NCBI GenBank assembly: GCA_047495785.1
Contig: JBLDXI010000003.1
Coordinates: forward strand, 4,340,001 to 4,404,000
Length of the DNA: 64,000 nucleotides
DNA from: Lepidodermella squamata
Lineage: Eukaryota > Animalia > Gastrotricha
Direction: 5' to 3'
Notes under the pieces: model-generated
Databases searched by the model: none
Seen by the model: the letters and a program-made list of their open reading frames with translations, nothing else
What the model was told of the DNA's origin: nothing
Shown: positions 36,285 to 51,405 of the stretch, piece by piece
How the letters are laid out: each line of letters begins with the position of its first letter
How positions within the stretch are numbered: position 1 is the first letter of the stretch
Made by a program: the position numbers and the translations under genes

Positions 36285-39200
36285 CCGCGCCGGAGCCATA
36301 GCGGCACGTGCAGCGTGCAGACACGCGGTATTTTTTTAGTTTCAAATTTTAAAATACATTTTTATATTCAATTTATTAATTTTTATAGGTTTTTTTAATA
36401 ATATTTTTCTTGCGTGAAAACAGCTTATTCATCATTTTATAGCTCAAGTTTTGCCGGAGTGGTTTCATTTTTGGCAACTCCCGACCCTGGCTTCTGGCCC
36501 CCTCCGCCCTCCGAGAGAGCTTGTATAATGTTGAGCCACCCCTCTCATTCACCATTCACCTTGTCCATAACTGTTTTATCACTGATCTTTAACTCGAATT
36601 TTGCTCAAATTACGACAGCCTCTAGGCTCTATTTAGCTGCCAGTTTACAGTTAACACTGACTTTTTTAATGCGTAAGATAGATTGACCGACTGTTACCTG
36701 GCAGACTGGTATTTAACTTTTGATCACTACCACCATGTTTCTGAAAAAATTCTTCGAGTTAACAGACAAGATTTTACAGCGATAAGATATGGTATATTTA
36801 TTTTAAGATGATATTGGATTGCAGGTTAACAAACGTCTATAATAAGCCGGTCAGGAAAACTTGACCCTTAACCTCTTCTGACTTGAAACATGCATTTTAC
36901 CCATTAATTCGTGCTCTCTAAGTCATTATTCGACCTCATTTCATTCCAAAGTCATTCAAATGACTAGAAACTCAAAGGTTTTTGCTATCCACAGTTGAGA
37001 CAAAACTCTATGATAGGACAAAATTCGGGATTTAAAGACGATTTCACTTCTCTGATTGGATATTGACATGTACTATATATATAGCTTTTTACTAAATATG
37101 CTGCTACCTGAATTATCTGCCGGCTTTCAGTTGTCACGTTTGCTCTCTGCACTCTGCACCAGAAGTATAGAATAGCGTCGCCCATTTGAGAAGTGCAATA
37201 TCCGTAATATAGTTCGATAGATTGGCACCCTAATAGATTAAATCCTACGAGTAGGCGTTATGTGCAACATGCACATATTATAGTGCTAAAGCAAAGGATT
37301 TTCAACCAGTCAGGCGCATACCTCACACCGAACTAAAGCCAGCGCTGTGTTAACCGCCTCGTCTTCGCGCACGATCAAGAAAATAGTTGCCTGATTCAGC
37401 CGACTGCCACTTAGGCAATGCGATAGTCCATGCAAGCCGTACTATTTTTTCCGCTACTTATTGGCAAGTCGAGCATTGTCATCGACATATTCCTTCAAAA
37501 ACGAAGAAAATGGAGCAATCTTTGCATCAAAATATTATTTCTGAAGCCTGACATTGCAAGATCCGGGTTCTTCCCGATCTCCGCGTAAGTTGGACTACTT
37601 GCTTCCCAAGTTAGTTCGTCTTGTAGAAAGACTCAGTTGGACAACCAATTGATGGCGAATAAAGAAATCCAGAGGAAAATCATTTTAATTACTTAAAATA
37701 CCTAGTGAGTCGACTATTATCCGTGCTTTTATTTGGCCAGTACTTGCTTTTTTCGAAAGAAAATGGTTTTAAATAACTAGATTCCCAACCTGTCTTTCGC
37801 ATTGCAATTTTGTTATGTCATATGTTTCTTTTATATCGCAATTTTTTAGAATTCATTAATTTTTGATGTCTACGCGCTATTCATCACGCATTGCGTATTC
37901 CCTTGACATCCTCTCACCACTGAAAACCTCATTCTGCATGTCAATTCTAATTTGGTATTATTTATATATGTATTGGCGAGGCGCGCACGGCTCTTGATAT
38001 TCTATTATCAACAGCAGTCGTAAAAATCCTCGAGCATTCTTTGCGAAGACACTCGCGATTTGTTAAGCGGCTTTCTTCACTTGCATATATTTATATCAGC
38101 AGGTATGCGCGTCTTTGAAATTAGTCGAAGGCGGCGTGCCCATACTTGGAACTTTGGCATGCCTGGCCGTTTTATACACGGCGCCAACTTCTTTTTATTT
38201 TTATCCCTAGAATAGCCACCGACGAGCATCTCTTGTGTTGATACGATAGATCATAAACGGTGGCTCTAGTTGTATAGTGATGACGATAACAACAACAACA
38301 ATATATCATCTTTCGCATTAAATAATGCTGTTTGGTACGGATGACGACGCTATTGAATGAGCGGCAAATGCTTAGCCGGTCAAGACAAACAGTCGACAAT
38401 TTTATGGGGCAGGCACAGAGGGTACTGCTTTTATGGTCGCTATAATAGATCTCGCCCTCCGTTGTGTTATTATTATTACTGCTGTTGTTGTTGTCCTTGT
38501 TTCTGTTGTCTGCTAATTCTGTTGCCACACTCTCTGCTATATTAGTAGCTCTGCGAGTAGTACTGGCCGTGCGCATTAGCACTGAAGAGTATGGCTTACT
38601 TGCCGTAGAATGAATTTGTATTGCCCGAGATCTAGCTAGGCAGACGACGAAAACTAGAGTTAGCGCGACGTACGGCGAGTGTGTGTGTATATGTGTGCGT
38701 TTGTGGCTCATTGTTTAGTTTGCGGCCGATGGCAACTCCGTTCCTGCCTTCATTCGTGCTGCGATAGCATAAATTTCCTCTACCTTCCCGTGTCCTGCGT
38801 TTGCCATTCTGGGCAATTTTTGCTACGTGCGGCCACACACACTTGTGCATTTCTACATAGTTTTGAGCGAACAAATACTGTGCTGGTATGCATTCGCTGT
38901 TCCGCATTATGTGCTTTGCAACCTCGGCCATAAGCATATCACACATCGCTGCCATTGCGATTTGGCTCGTTTTATTACGTATCATTACCTTTAGTTCTTT
39001 GACGTCGGTGTTCTCTGCTCCTATTATCACTACATTATTGTTGTTATTTTGTTTTTCGGCTTTCGCATACTTCCCGCGTGCGACATGAGTTATTTTATCG
39101 TTCGGCTCCACGTTTCTCTACGACGCGCGTTACCGTTATCTAGTTTTTTCCTAGCGTAATCACTCCATTGCAATAAAAGCGACTAATGTAGATTAGCCTT

Positions 39201-39769
39201 TTACTGCCTACTTTTTGGTATGTAGCTCTACACATTTATTACTACGCGCTGTTTTCATCGACGCCATTTCCTTCTCTTATTCATCGGTGTTAGCAGCAAG
39301 ACATGTCTCACTTTTTTCATGTTGAGTGTAAGAGCTGGTTGCATGTGCGTTATCACACTCACCTGCCCGGTATGTCGCTTGTTTTTGATTACTGCCTCTC
39401 TTTCATAGCTCACGTACGGCCGTTCTTCCTGTCCCGCTGATCGTAGAACAGCCTCGTATTCAGCTGGCTAATTTTAATCGTGGCGAGCTCGTTTCGCAAA
39501 CAATTTATAATTTTGTTGTTTTCCTTTCATTCCCTTGCTCCGTGAAAATTTAGATTTTGATCACTCATTGGCGGCTTTGTATTACACCTCAGCCACGTAA
39601 TGCAAATTTTATTGACCGGCGAGCAACTTGACACATTTTGTTGTTTATGAACAAATATCGCGCGACCTGGAAACCTTTCTGCGACGTCATTGTGCTATCA
39701 AATTTCATGTATTGATCTGTGTTCATCTAGAGTTGTTTATTTTTTAACGCGTCCGCCGTTCCTCAAGCA

Positions 39770-42700
39770 ATGACTGATTTAATGGCCCAGCAGGTAATTT
39801 TAACGTTTGCCTGTTCATTTTCATTCGGACAAATACATTTTGTTTATTTATTTGCCACGTCGCTTTGCTTATATAGGCTGATACTGAGTTAATGCCTGCA
39901 GATGAAAGCCATCAGTCGGCTGAAGACGGAAGGGTGAGTTGTTATTTTTTGCATGCACTCGTCTGATTTGCTGATTTATTGTCGTTTCGTTATTGTTACG
40001 TACGGAAAGCGGTTATGATAATAATTACACAGTGATACAGCGGTATTCTTGAAGCAATTTTTATGCTCGCGTTTTTTTTAATCATCCTGATCGGCACGAT
40101 CCGACGAGAAAAAACGCGCTCGTAGTCGGAAAAAATTAGCTGGCCCACCGAATCGAGCCATTACGCTGGGCTGCTTTTAGTATCTCAGCGTAGATCATGT
40201 AAAAACACGGGTTTCGCTGCTGCTAACTAATATTAATATTACTGCTGTAATAAGTTTTATTGCACACGCATTTCCGAAATGCCAACATGTGTTAATGCTC
40301 ACTGTATCTGATCTACGCGCCGCAGCAATATTCGCTTATTGCGAATCCGCCTCAATACTAGGTGCCACAGGATTTACATATGTACGGCCAGACAAAAACT
40401 AATATCCACATTGTTTTATTGCTCGATATTTGTAAAGTCGTGTGTGTGTGTGTAGAATTGCGTTTGCAGCTGGATTAAAGCTGCGCGTAGCCGATATTTC
40501 GTATAAATTTATTACGACCCACCGTCGTCACCATTTCGCTGTATCAGCGGCAGCATCATCATAATCTGCAGAGACTGTGAGTTTTACTTTTCATCGCTAG
40601 CTATGACAAATTTTTTCGCTTCCTATTGATTTTGTCTATTTTTCGAGGACTACCTTGCGAACAGCGCTGTTCGAGTGCGTTTATTGCTGCTCGCTTCTTT
40701 GCGGGCAGAATCGGGTGTGAATAAACGCCGATTTGCGGCAGTGAAGCTGCCAATTTTTTAGGAGTGCTAAAACATTTCTAAATAGCCGCGTGCGGTCAGC
40801 TTAGGACGCAAACATCATTACTGCCGCTAATAACGTCATTCAGGCGAGCGATAGCTTTTCGCTTTTTCGCCTACAGTTGTCGTTACGATTATTAGCGCGT
40901 TATTATTTTTGCTCAACTATTAGTTCGCTGGCAGCTAAGTGTGGCCGATGGCAGCAGACACGTTCGTGTCGATTTTATGCCATGTTTCTAGCACAGCCAG
41001 GCATTTAGCGGCTGCGGGACCGGCGATAGACAAATCGATCCTGCCTGTCGTTTTCTTCGTCATTTACACCGTGTTTTCGCCCCATCGCCGCCTTGATTAT
41101 GAGCGTTTTCATGAACACACCAATTTAGCCGAAAACGCTGATGTTTTGCCGCCCAAATTAGTAGCAACACATAGCGCGGCAAATTTCATTATTTAACATG
41201 AATCCCCCTATCCGGCCGTCTCACGTCATTATTCATTCATACATAAACTGCCTTCTTTCGCGCGCTAGCTTGGTAGTTATATATTAATTTCTTGTTTGGA
41301 GGACATTTCGTATGTTGGGTAGAAGTGAACTACTACCGGCCTAGATTTAATAGCAGACCTGGCGCTTCTTGTTGCGACAGTTATTGTCTCGGAGCCGATT
41401 TCGGGCTCGCCCAATACCGAAGCTACGGAAGCGTTTTCACACCAATCGAACTCACCTTCGCCGCATCTGAACAGCCCTAAAAAGCTGGGCCCGAGCCGTC
41501 GCGATAACGCACCGCTCGAACCAGCGACAACGTTCGGCCTCGCTACGTCGGAATCTGCCGTCTGGAAGCAGAGATTCGATGACGGCGACATTTATTACTC
41601 GGAATCAGATAAACTTTTTGACAGTCGGTTTCGCGGTGGCGATTTGGCGATGACCTACGCGACGGTACTTGATTGTTTTATTTTTGTTCCCTCGCGCTTA
41701 TCGGAAACACGTGGAAAGTGTTGCGCTCATCGCCGCCTTTTAGTCTTGTTTACCGGCGTGTTTACGTTGCTGATCGCGCGCGCTCACAGATGATAAGCCG
41801 TAAACAGCAACGATTCTCGCTGTTATCACATGTTTTTATTATCATTATCTCCTTTACCGCTGCCGTTTATTACTAAACATCGGCGTTAATGCTCATTATT
41901 AACCGATACCTATTGTTTTCTTGCGTTAACAGCAAGCTGGTCGACGTGGTCAGAAATCTTCGAATATGGACAACTACAATTCGAGCCAACGATCGCACGG
42001 TGGAATGATTTGCGACGTCTTGCTGCTCGACGGCAGCCGTCAGAAATTCGACGTTGATGTAAGCTTCTTACTTACTTATTCTTGCAGAGAACGTAGTGAT
42101 CAGAGTGCACGCATCTTATTTGAAAAGATGCATCTTATCCATGGTTATTAAGTCCTAAGCTTTTCATTGCATTAGATTCTGATTTTTCTAAGTAGTCGAT
42201 AATGACCTTTCATCGTATCTGGCTGATTCACGTTGGTTCTAATTGAGTGGTAGTTAGAGCACCGAGTTTTTATTGCAATTGACCGGTGCAAAGTGACAGT
42301 GTATTTTTAGCGAATTTGTTCGCATTCGTCATGAGTGTATTGCCGAGTCAATTGGTGAAAACCGTTCGAAAAATACCTCCAAAAGACAGAGTTATCGCGT
42401 TTTTTCAAATTTAGAGATAAAGCCGAAACTAGGGCGGCATTCCCTTGGATTAGCAACTCGTAATTTAGCAACGGCCGCGAAGATTATCAGCATTATTATA
42501 GACGAGCGCAGAAGTCAATGTTTATTATGCGCAATAAGAAGCAGCAAGTCAAATTTTTATTATTTGACAGTGGTAACATCGCTTGTTTCGCCCTAAAAGC
42601 TAAGCTTACCACAAATCAAGCGAGCGTTAAACATATTCTAGCTAGGTAATTCGAAGCGGGTACAATCATTGGTTTTATTCAGCCGCCTGTGATTCCTCCC

Positions 42701-45700
42701 ACAATAATTTCGATCAACCGCCACGTATTTATGTGGTGAGACTTGGCGCGCCGGTAGCCTTGTGCCGCGCTGATTCATGCGAACGCCGAGGCCGTTTTTC
42801 AACGCATGTTTTTCTCGGACTCGATGTAAATTTTAAATTTTGCAGCCATTGCTCGAAGACAGCGTCCCGGCATTCGTTATATATTTTTAGTAGGCATGGC
42901 ATACGAATATTGCGCGGCGCTAAAACACCGATTTCTTTGCGCATTGTTTGTTTCGAAGAGAAAAAAATGTGCCGCGTGTAACAGCATGCAATATCGGCTG
43001 CTGACTTGTGAGCAGCAAGCGCGCCCGATGCATAAACTAGCACCCAGCCTGTGGAATCAAGCGACTTATTCAGTCTCAATTTCTATGGCACCAGCGCTGT
43101 TACCACTGCCCGCTGACAATGTCTGCCGAGGGTCGACGCGCGCGCGTTACGTGATTGCGCTTTCTATTTTCGTTCGCGCGCGCGCTGACCAATCAGTGAA
43201 ATTGTTCGCTAGTAAGGTGTGAAATTGGAAAAGAGCTGGCTCATTTTGGTTTTAGGCCCACTAAATTCTTGATCAAAATGTCTTGTTTCATAGTTGGTGA
43301 GGTAATAATTGTTCATGAGTCATCTGTTGTGTTTGTATGTGAGCGCGTGCGGTGGTAGATGAAGGCGTTTACTGCACTGCGGTCATATGCCATAACTTTT
43401 TCAGTTAGCGGCTGCCGATGATATCCCTTGTACATAATGCGTACTAAAATTGAGGGATAAATAGATGATATTGCAGTTCCGCAAAATTATTGTCATCTCA
43501 TAGAACGACGACTAATACCTGTAACCGTTGCAAACAGCAAGTGTCTGTGTGTCTGTGTGTGCGTTTTATTGAGGGCAATAATTTTCACTCGCCGCACGAT
43601 GAGTGAGTCTCTTGCGCGGCGATATGGCGTTCAATTAACAGCAGAAATGTGGTTTTCAAAAAATAGGAAACATTGAAACTTGTCTCCGCACTCGTTTAGA
43701 CGGTCGCCGACTAGCAAATTTCGGCTCATTTCACTCGGCTTTTTCACCTTGACTTAGTTTCAATTAATTGGCATTGCTGCGCTCGCCAGTTGTAAGCTGT
43801 TTCTTGCGCCTCGGTTATAACAGCGTGTTGTGCGTGCAATAGTAATAAAATTATTGCTGTGCGTGAAAATGTGTTGCTGTTTTATGAATGAGAATCTACG
43901 CGCACAAAGTGGCGCGTATTATTAGCCCCCGAAAGAATATTGAGACATGAGAGCGCTCATTTTGGGTCATTTGGCTCGTAAATTTTAAAGCTCAGTTCAT
44001 CGGCAGCCCTGATTTAAAGAAACATCATTTGACGTCTATCCCGGGTTAAAATAATATTATGGTGGAAAGCTCGTCTTTACTTTTCCTCCCGCCACTTTGA
44101 TAGGATATTGATCACTACGCTCTCTTCGCTTATTATCGGTGATGATGACATTTTTCATATATTGAAATTTTGTTATTTTTATTTGTAGAAACGAGCGAAG
44201 GGCCAAGTTCTTCTCGACAGCGTGTTGCAGTTTCTTAATTTATTGGAGAAAGATTTCTTCGGCTTGAGCTTTAAAGATGAAAATGGCGTTCGCTATTGGT
44301 TGCACCCCGAGAAGAAAATAACGCAGCAACTGAAACGCAGGCCGCCAGTTTTTGCGTTCGAAGTGAAATTTTACCCGCCAGAGCCATCGCAGTTGCAGGA
44401 AGACATCACGCGTTACATGCTATGTCTGCAAATCCGCAACGACATTTTCAGCGGTCGCCTGCCGTGTTCATTTGTCACCCACGCCCTGCTCGGGTCGTAC
44501 ATGGTCCAGTCGGAAATCGGCGATTTCGACCCTCTGCAACACGGGGACACCAGCGAATACATCCGCGCATTCTCGTTCGTGCAGAACCAGACGAATGAAC
44601 TGCTGGACAAGATTGCCGAGCTGCATCGCACGCATAAGGGCCAAACACCGTCTGAGGCAGATACCCATTTTCTGGAAAATGCCAAGAAGCTGGCGATGTA
44701 CGGCGTCGATTTTCATGACGCAAAAGATTCCGAAGGAATTCCGATTCGTATTGGCGTGTGTGCCTCGGGACTGCTGATCTACCGTGACAAACTGCGCATT
44801 AACCGCTTCGCCTGGCCTAAGATATTGAAAATTTCCTACAAACGCAACAACTTTTACATCAAGATTCGCCCGGCCGAGTTCGAGCAGTTTGAAAGCACCA
44901 TTGGCTTTAAACTCGCCAATCACAAACTTGCTAAAAGGCTGTGGCGAACTGCTGTCGAACACCATACATTCTTCCGCCTGAAGGAGCCGGAACCCGTCAA
45001 GACCGGCACCGGCTTCATCACCCTCGGCTCGCGCTTCCGCTTCTCGGGTAGAACCATTCACCAGGCTCTGGAAGCCGGCCACCGCATCGAACGCCCGCCA
45101 CCCGAATTTGACCGACGAGAGGGTGGTGGTCACAATCGCACACCTCAATCGGCCGGGTACGGCAGTCACACGAATGGTAGCGCGTATGGCACGGGTCCGC
45201 GCGGCGGCGCCGGCGGCTATCACCACCAGCAACCAATCGACTACGACGACCAAATGATGGGAACTGAACATCGCGGCGCGGGATATGCGACGATGCCCGG
45301 TCCTGGTGATCAACTGCAACGCGGACCAATTCGCGGCCAACAACAAGAGGTGAGTCCTGTCGCTAAATTGTCACTACGTTTTAGGCCTGAATTATTGAAT
45401 CTTGTAGCTATAGCTTCCTTGTTTTCCTTCCTTGTGCTTTCGTGACGTTTTTCTCTCAAATGTAGTGCCTAGCTTTTAGTAGTAGTAGTAGTTGAACCTT
45501 TTAGCTGTGCTTGAATTTTGTGCGTGTGTGATTGATATGCTCCTTGAAGCTTCATTGTTGGCATGGCGCTCGAGATCACGAGTGCTGCCTCGCTCGCCTT
45601 CAGATGCGTCAGTTCCAACACCGTCGGCTGTGTCCTTTATATACCGACCAGAATACCAGTTACCCGGTGTTGTTCATGCCGGGCCCCGGCATGGGCCCGA

Positions 45701-47975
45701 AACAGCCTAGTGCCCCGCTGGTTCTGTTGAACGACGCTTCGATCAGTGAATTTCCAACTCAGTTGAATTCTTACCTGGCGTATCCAGACTACCGGGCAAG
45801 TTGCGACAATATCGCAGCTAATTCGAGCCCGCGTCGCTATTTTCACAAATCATGTCACGATGTTGCCGCTGAACGAGACGTACGTGTTAGCTCGAGTCGA
45901 CCTTCCGATTTTACTCTGGTTACACGTTTTTAGCGATTTTTAACTGCGCCGGAGTTGAATCAGGCTCGAGTAATTAGAGTGCAGAAGGTTCAGATTTGAG
46001 ATAACCGTGATTTGTCGTGGCACTGACGCATGTTCCCCCAGAAGGCCCTTTCTTAAACCGACTGATGAGTGTTTTGTGCGTGTGAAATTATAAAAGCTCG
46101 CATAAAGTTTCTGCTTGCGCTTCTATTAATGATAAATGCTGTTTTGGCTTGCAGTATATACCGCCATCGTCTGCTCAAATTTCGATGCAAATGCCTCACG
46201 AGCAGCACATGTATGCTCAATCGCAGTACCAGCAGCAGCAACCACAAGCCCAGTATCAACCCCAGCAACAGCAACAACAGTACGTCCCGCCGCAGACTTC
46301 TCGTCGACCAGACTATTACCAACCCACTGCCCTGGCTGCTGTGATGGATTCGCGGAGGACGCCTTCGAACACCCCCTATGGCCAGCAGGCGCCAGCTCAA
46401 TCGCAGTACCCGGCATACCAAGCACAGGTTTGACGCGCTTTTAATGTCATACTGCCAGCTGCTGCTTAAAAAATTAGCGTGTTTGAACATATTAATCGAT
46501 CTCCCATATTCTCTTAATCGAAAATATCTGTGATTTAAGTCGAAATTTTCTGAACAAATTCTCGTTTCATAGAGTGCGCTTCTGCCGGGTCGCCGCATTT
46601 TATTGCGTTGACCTAGTTCGTGCCGTTTTTATTGCTTTGTGTATTGCCTCACAAGCAACACTGCGTTAATTTTTCTGCCACGTACTCGCCGCATTTTTAC
46701 CCGATTTATTTCACCCAGAAACATCTTGTTTTCGGGCCGCTTCAATAAATAGCAAGTAAATTGGCAAATATTCAAGAGATAAGAGTGGGATTTCTGAGAA
46801 ATTGATAAGCCTAGAAATTGGGCAATCTAACTAATATTTTGACAACCTAGGTTTTCCAATTTCTTACCTTCGATTTATTGCTAAGGTATCTGTCTCAAAA
46901 AACTGAGATGGGTGCCGTCATTAGAAATTACACTGCCTAAGTGCATGAATGATATACATATGATATAGCCAGATTAGAATAAGCAGGTAGCACAAACTAG
47001 GTTTTCTTAGGCCAGACTTCCTCGACTTCATTCGATATATTATTATTAGATCTAGTAACATGGCCAAAGTTATTTTGACTTTGTTGGGTTCCGCGTTCAG
47101 TCATGGCAATAGTTTACTAAGGTTAAAGAAATTGAATTTGCAACATCGATAACTGGCATTATCCAGTACCAAAACAGTATATAATATGTTAATTGATAAG
47201 GAAGATCTTGGTATTTTAACCGGCCGGTTCAGAGGTCGGGAGAGCAGTCAACCAGCCCATGTTTTGGCCGGCATCTTCCAGCGATTTTTTTCGTATATTA
47301 CCGCGATACTGTTGCTAGAATTTTTCTGCTTGGCAAGTGCCCTGTTGCTTATTTCGGCGCCCTTAAGTCACTGAATTGCTTATTTTTACGTGTTTGATTC
47401 AGGCAATATGAGTTGAGCCTACGGGCTGTCAGGTTGTTGAACGGTTTCTATCACATTAAACCTCAAATTTCTCTCTGTTGGTATCTTTACTTTGGCTTAA
47501 CTGTATTTTTCTATATCTCTCTGTGTAGCAACGGGTTAGCGGTGGCGATCAATTCGTTGTCGAAAATGAAGCTTATGGATCTCGCGGGTCGGGTATGGTG
47601 GTCCCCGGAGCTGCCGGTACCACGCGCCTTGTTATTCAATCGGCAAGCCCGCCTCAGACTGAAGCGCACACTACGGTGGCGACAACACGGCAGAAGGTTG
47701 GCGACTCGAACGTCGAACGCACCGTGACAACCACGACGCAGGTCACTCGCCACCAACAACTCATTGTTGACAGCAGCTACACGACCGAGCGCGGTGGCAA
47801 TCAAGATGTGCGAGGCGCGGTGCCTGCTGGCACAACCTTCGGAGCAGGCGACGAAGACGAGCTGGAAGCGGCTATCAGCCGTGCAATCGGTGCCAATCCC
47901 AACGTGGTTGTCGAGCGAATCGAGGTGAAGACGGAACAGCACCACGCGACGGGCGGCGGCTCGTCGAAAGCATAG
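39770..47975 (+). CDS. EPB41: Protein 4.1/coracle orthologue (FERM, FA, 4.1-CTD), ~695 aa
   Basis: Phase-0 exons 39770-39793, 39877-39933, 41933-42058, 44189-45349, 46155-46427, 47529-47975. Motifs [54 protein letters not shown]; [25 protein letters not shown]. The first two exons are less certain. Confidence 0.92.
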
Positions 47976-49787
47976 ACGTTTCTGAGTGGAGATAGTGAAT
48001 TGAGGCTGACTTCTCTTCCCGAATTTGCTTGTAGCTATTACAACGCCTGCGACGAATTTTACTAGGTTTTCATAGCTCAGAGTCTGCCACTCGTGTGTGT
48101 GTGTCAAACCGTAAAACGACAATTTTTGGCTAGAAAATTATTGTAGAAAGATCATTCTAGTTTTTCTGTTTTTATCTTGCTCTCATTCCAATCGTTGCTT
48201 GTCTCTGTGGCCATGCGAATGGCCGAATGAAATGCAGTCTATTCATTTGTCCTCCTTGCTATACTGATTCATGATTTCTACAACAAAGCTAGTGTCAAAA
48301 TAGCGAGCATTCAAAACATCATTTTCACTATTCACGAATAATATTATCACCCGCTTCTAACATAAAGAATGACAAATGCAAGTGCTAATTGGGCAATTTT
48401 AGAAAAATGCTCCTCTTGAACCGGAACAGCTTGTCCTGACTAAGTGCTTGTTTGTGAAGGTCATCATCATTTTCACTTTTTATACCAGCCGTGTATACCT
48501 GTAAATAGACTTATTGTTTTTTTGCGGAAGAAACTTGTTATTGACAGTGTTGAGGAATATCAATTACATCATTATTATATTGCTCTTTGCTTGTGTAGCC
48601 TTCTATACACATGCATTTTGTTAAGTTTTCTGATTTTCTATTATTATTCTATAACATTGTTATTATTCTATTATTTGTCTGTTGTATTTAGTGTACCAAA
48701 TGGACAGATTTTACTTGCAAACCCCTGATGTAATGAAAGTGCGATAGCTACTCAGGTATTTGTTTTTGCTGAGCTTCTCTGCTTGCCTGTCCGACGAAGT
48801 TACCATGAGAGGCATCGTCGTTTGTTCGAGGCATCTTGTACTGGCAGAGCTCGGCTGCTGTCTTTGCGCGTCTTTGTTACTGCGACGTTACTTATGATGA
48901 GAAGCACGAAATGATATAAAAATAAACAAGATAAATGCAAGTTGGTGTTGTTTTCCAGTTCCTAATCTACGTAGATAATAGAAGGTATGATTGGGCGTTT
49001 AAATGATGCAGATTGCAGAGTGATGCAATATTGATTTTCCCGAATAATTATACATTTGACTCGATCAAGGAGGCTTTTTTATATTATTTATTCGATATTC
49101 AATGGTTAGTTCCAGGCAATTTTCAAATAGCCAATTAAGAAGTTACAAAAAGACAATACGAACTTCTTGGATTCTAACCGCGCTATGTCGGTTGCCTCGT
49201 ATTTTGCAGTCGTGTCTGCTGATTTCCGGCGACGGGCCACGCCTTCGAGTGCGACGACGCATCCGCATCATGACTACACTTTATGATGGAACACGAACGC
49301 CCGATATAGCTCGGTTTTATTGTCTGACAATTTCCTCAGCGTGGTTCACATATGTTGTAGTATCCAAAGTTAGAATTCAGAATTTTATTAACAAAGCAGA
49401 AACGCAGAAAGCGGTCAGAAACGCCATTCTGCTTATTTTAAATCAGATTCGCGAGCAATTACCAGGTGAATTGGGGCAGTAATTACCACGGCGCAACGAA
49501 ATAAATTATTAAAAACACCGTTTTTGTCGCTGGGTTTTTTTCACTCCGCAGGCACAGACTAGCGCTGGACCGATCAAGCCATACCGCCATCTTAATTATT
49601 CGCATGATTTAGTCCTCACACCTATAGAAAAGCTCCTCGGCAACTGGATCAAGTGTCAACATTTATCTTTCTATTTCCAGAATGTTAATAATAACACTTA
49701 GAAGGAAACTCAATCGTGATTGATTTTGCTGATTGGTTACCAAGTTTGGCAGACTTGAATGACAATCAGCTAAATTTCGAATAAAGA

Positions 49788-51181
49788 ATGCTAGTTTCGC
49801 TTCTAATAATCTTAGTTTCAATTTGCCCGGTGCAATGCCGACTCGGTTAGTTTACACGATCACGAAATCTTCAAACGGTATTTTTGAAATAATATGTAAT
49901 TTTCAGGAGGAGGCGTTAGGAGCAAAGTTGTCGAGGCTAGCGTTCGAGTAAATGAAACTAGTGGTGCATCTTTGTTCGGCAGACTTAGCCCATCATCAAG
50001 TGGAGCAAAAGTAGTTGATCTCACAGGGTCTCTCAGAAAGAAATCTGGCTCAGAATCAAGTGGAGCGATAGGCAGGTCGGCGATACAAAGCCAAAATAGT
50101 CTTTCAGATGCAGCAAACCAGCCTTCTTCTTCGGGAATTCAGCAAATAGGGCGTCCAAGAGTGGGCGCTAAGGATCAGTCGCGTGGCCAGCATGTGATAA
50201 AAGGAACCTCAAGCGGTCGATCAGCTCTCGGCCGCACGAATTCTGACCAGCAAAAGTTAGCCGCATATAGTAATATGTTCACGTATGACACACCAAAATT
50301 CACACTTGGCCGTTCTGTCATTCCTTACAGATCAATAAGGGTATAATACTTCATCGTTGTCCTTGTAATTAACCGTTGTTTCCTTTCTAGCCGATTTACG
50401 GCTCTGAATATGACGTCCCCTTGATTTACTCTCCGGTCAGCAGCCGGCCTGTTTTTCTTCCCTACCAGGCGTATTGGCCACTGATCCAGCGCAATCCAAA
50501 CAACAAAATTTTCAAGAAACGCTATTATTCGAGAAATTCCTTATCGATGTTGCGTGAGTTCTTGAGCGTGAAAAAATTTCACTTTAAATTGCCAAGCTTT
50601 TTTACGTCTTCATATTAGATTCAATTTTCATTAACTACGCCGATCACTGTGCCTCGAAGGAGTATGGAATAGATGGCCAAGAAGAGTACTACATCGCTTC
50701 GATACGTGAAGACGTTCCAGAATCAGTTATAGGCAAAGGTCTTCAAGCAGCGTATTCACCCAGCTGCAACATCGAGGTTGTCGGACCTGAATCATCGGTG
50801 TTACATGTAACATTTAACACGTCAAACTGTTTTAACTGGCCATCCAAATGCGAAATAACTATTTCGGATGCCGCGGCTAAAGGCGACGCATGGGAGGACA
50901 TTATATATTACGACCCAACTTTGGTCAAACTGAACTCGAAGTCTGAGCTGCGTGAAATGCTTGTCAGCGGCTCGTTCTGCACTAAGGAATTGTACTCAAG
51001 GACTAACAGAATTTCAATCAATGTTGCCCACTGTTCAGCTAACTTGAATTTATTTGAGTTTTCAATCGGTGTCGAAGTCGGAATTTTGCTAGATGGCGGT
51101 GACGCTTCTGCCCTAAAATTTTCGTCCAATAATTTTATTTGCTTCATTCTTACTGCGTCTGCGCTTTGGCTTTGGTTGTAA
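49788..51181 (+). CDS. Secreted, probably GPI-anchored protein: basic Ser/Gly tail plus CUB-like domain (paralog 1)
   Basis: Signal MLVSLLIILVSICPVQC; 3 short introns; CNIEVVGP..VLHVTF..C..W...C.I.ISD; hydrophobic C-terminus FICFILTASALWLWL*. Confidence 0.75.
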
Positions 51182-51405
51182 ATGCGCCAACTCTTTAGTT
51201 ATAGATTCATACGTAAACGATGAATAAACGAGAAACATCGATAAAAGTTCGATCAAGAGCAGGGGCATTGCACGCCCTCGACTACGGCTAGGTGATGAAT
51301 AATTAAAAGCAAAGTTTTTCTCGTGGTGCAGTATACGCAGTTTCGTTAGGCTGATCGAACGCTGTTCCAAACAAGCCTTCGAATATTTTACGAAAATATG
51401 AAAAT

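Noticed and set aside
38172-39111. Minus-strand ORFs of 179 and 159 aa
   Set aside because: Low-complexity, microsatellite-rich sequence upstream of the EPB41 CDS with no domain signal
41350-41665. Open frame ending at a phase-0 donor inside an EPB41 intron
   Set aside because: No phase-compatible acceptor found; it could be an alternative first exon but this is unsupported
44468-45346. 292-aa antisense ORF
   Set aside because: Shadow of the FERM exon
46062-46110. Hammerhead core CTGATGAG...GAAA (CTGATGAG also near 20256)
   Set aside because: Stems II/III and the NUH cleavage site cannot be formed
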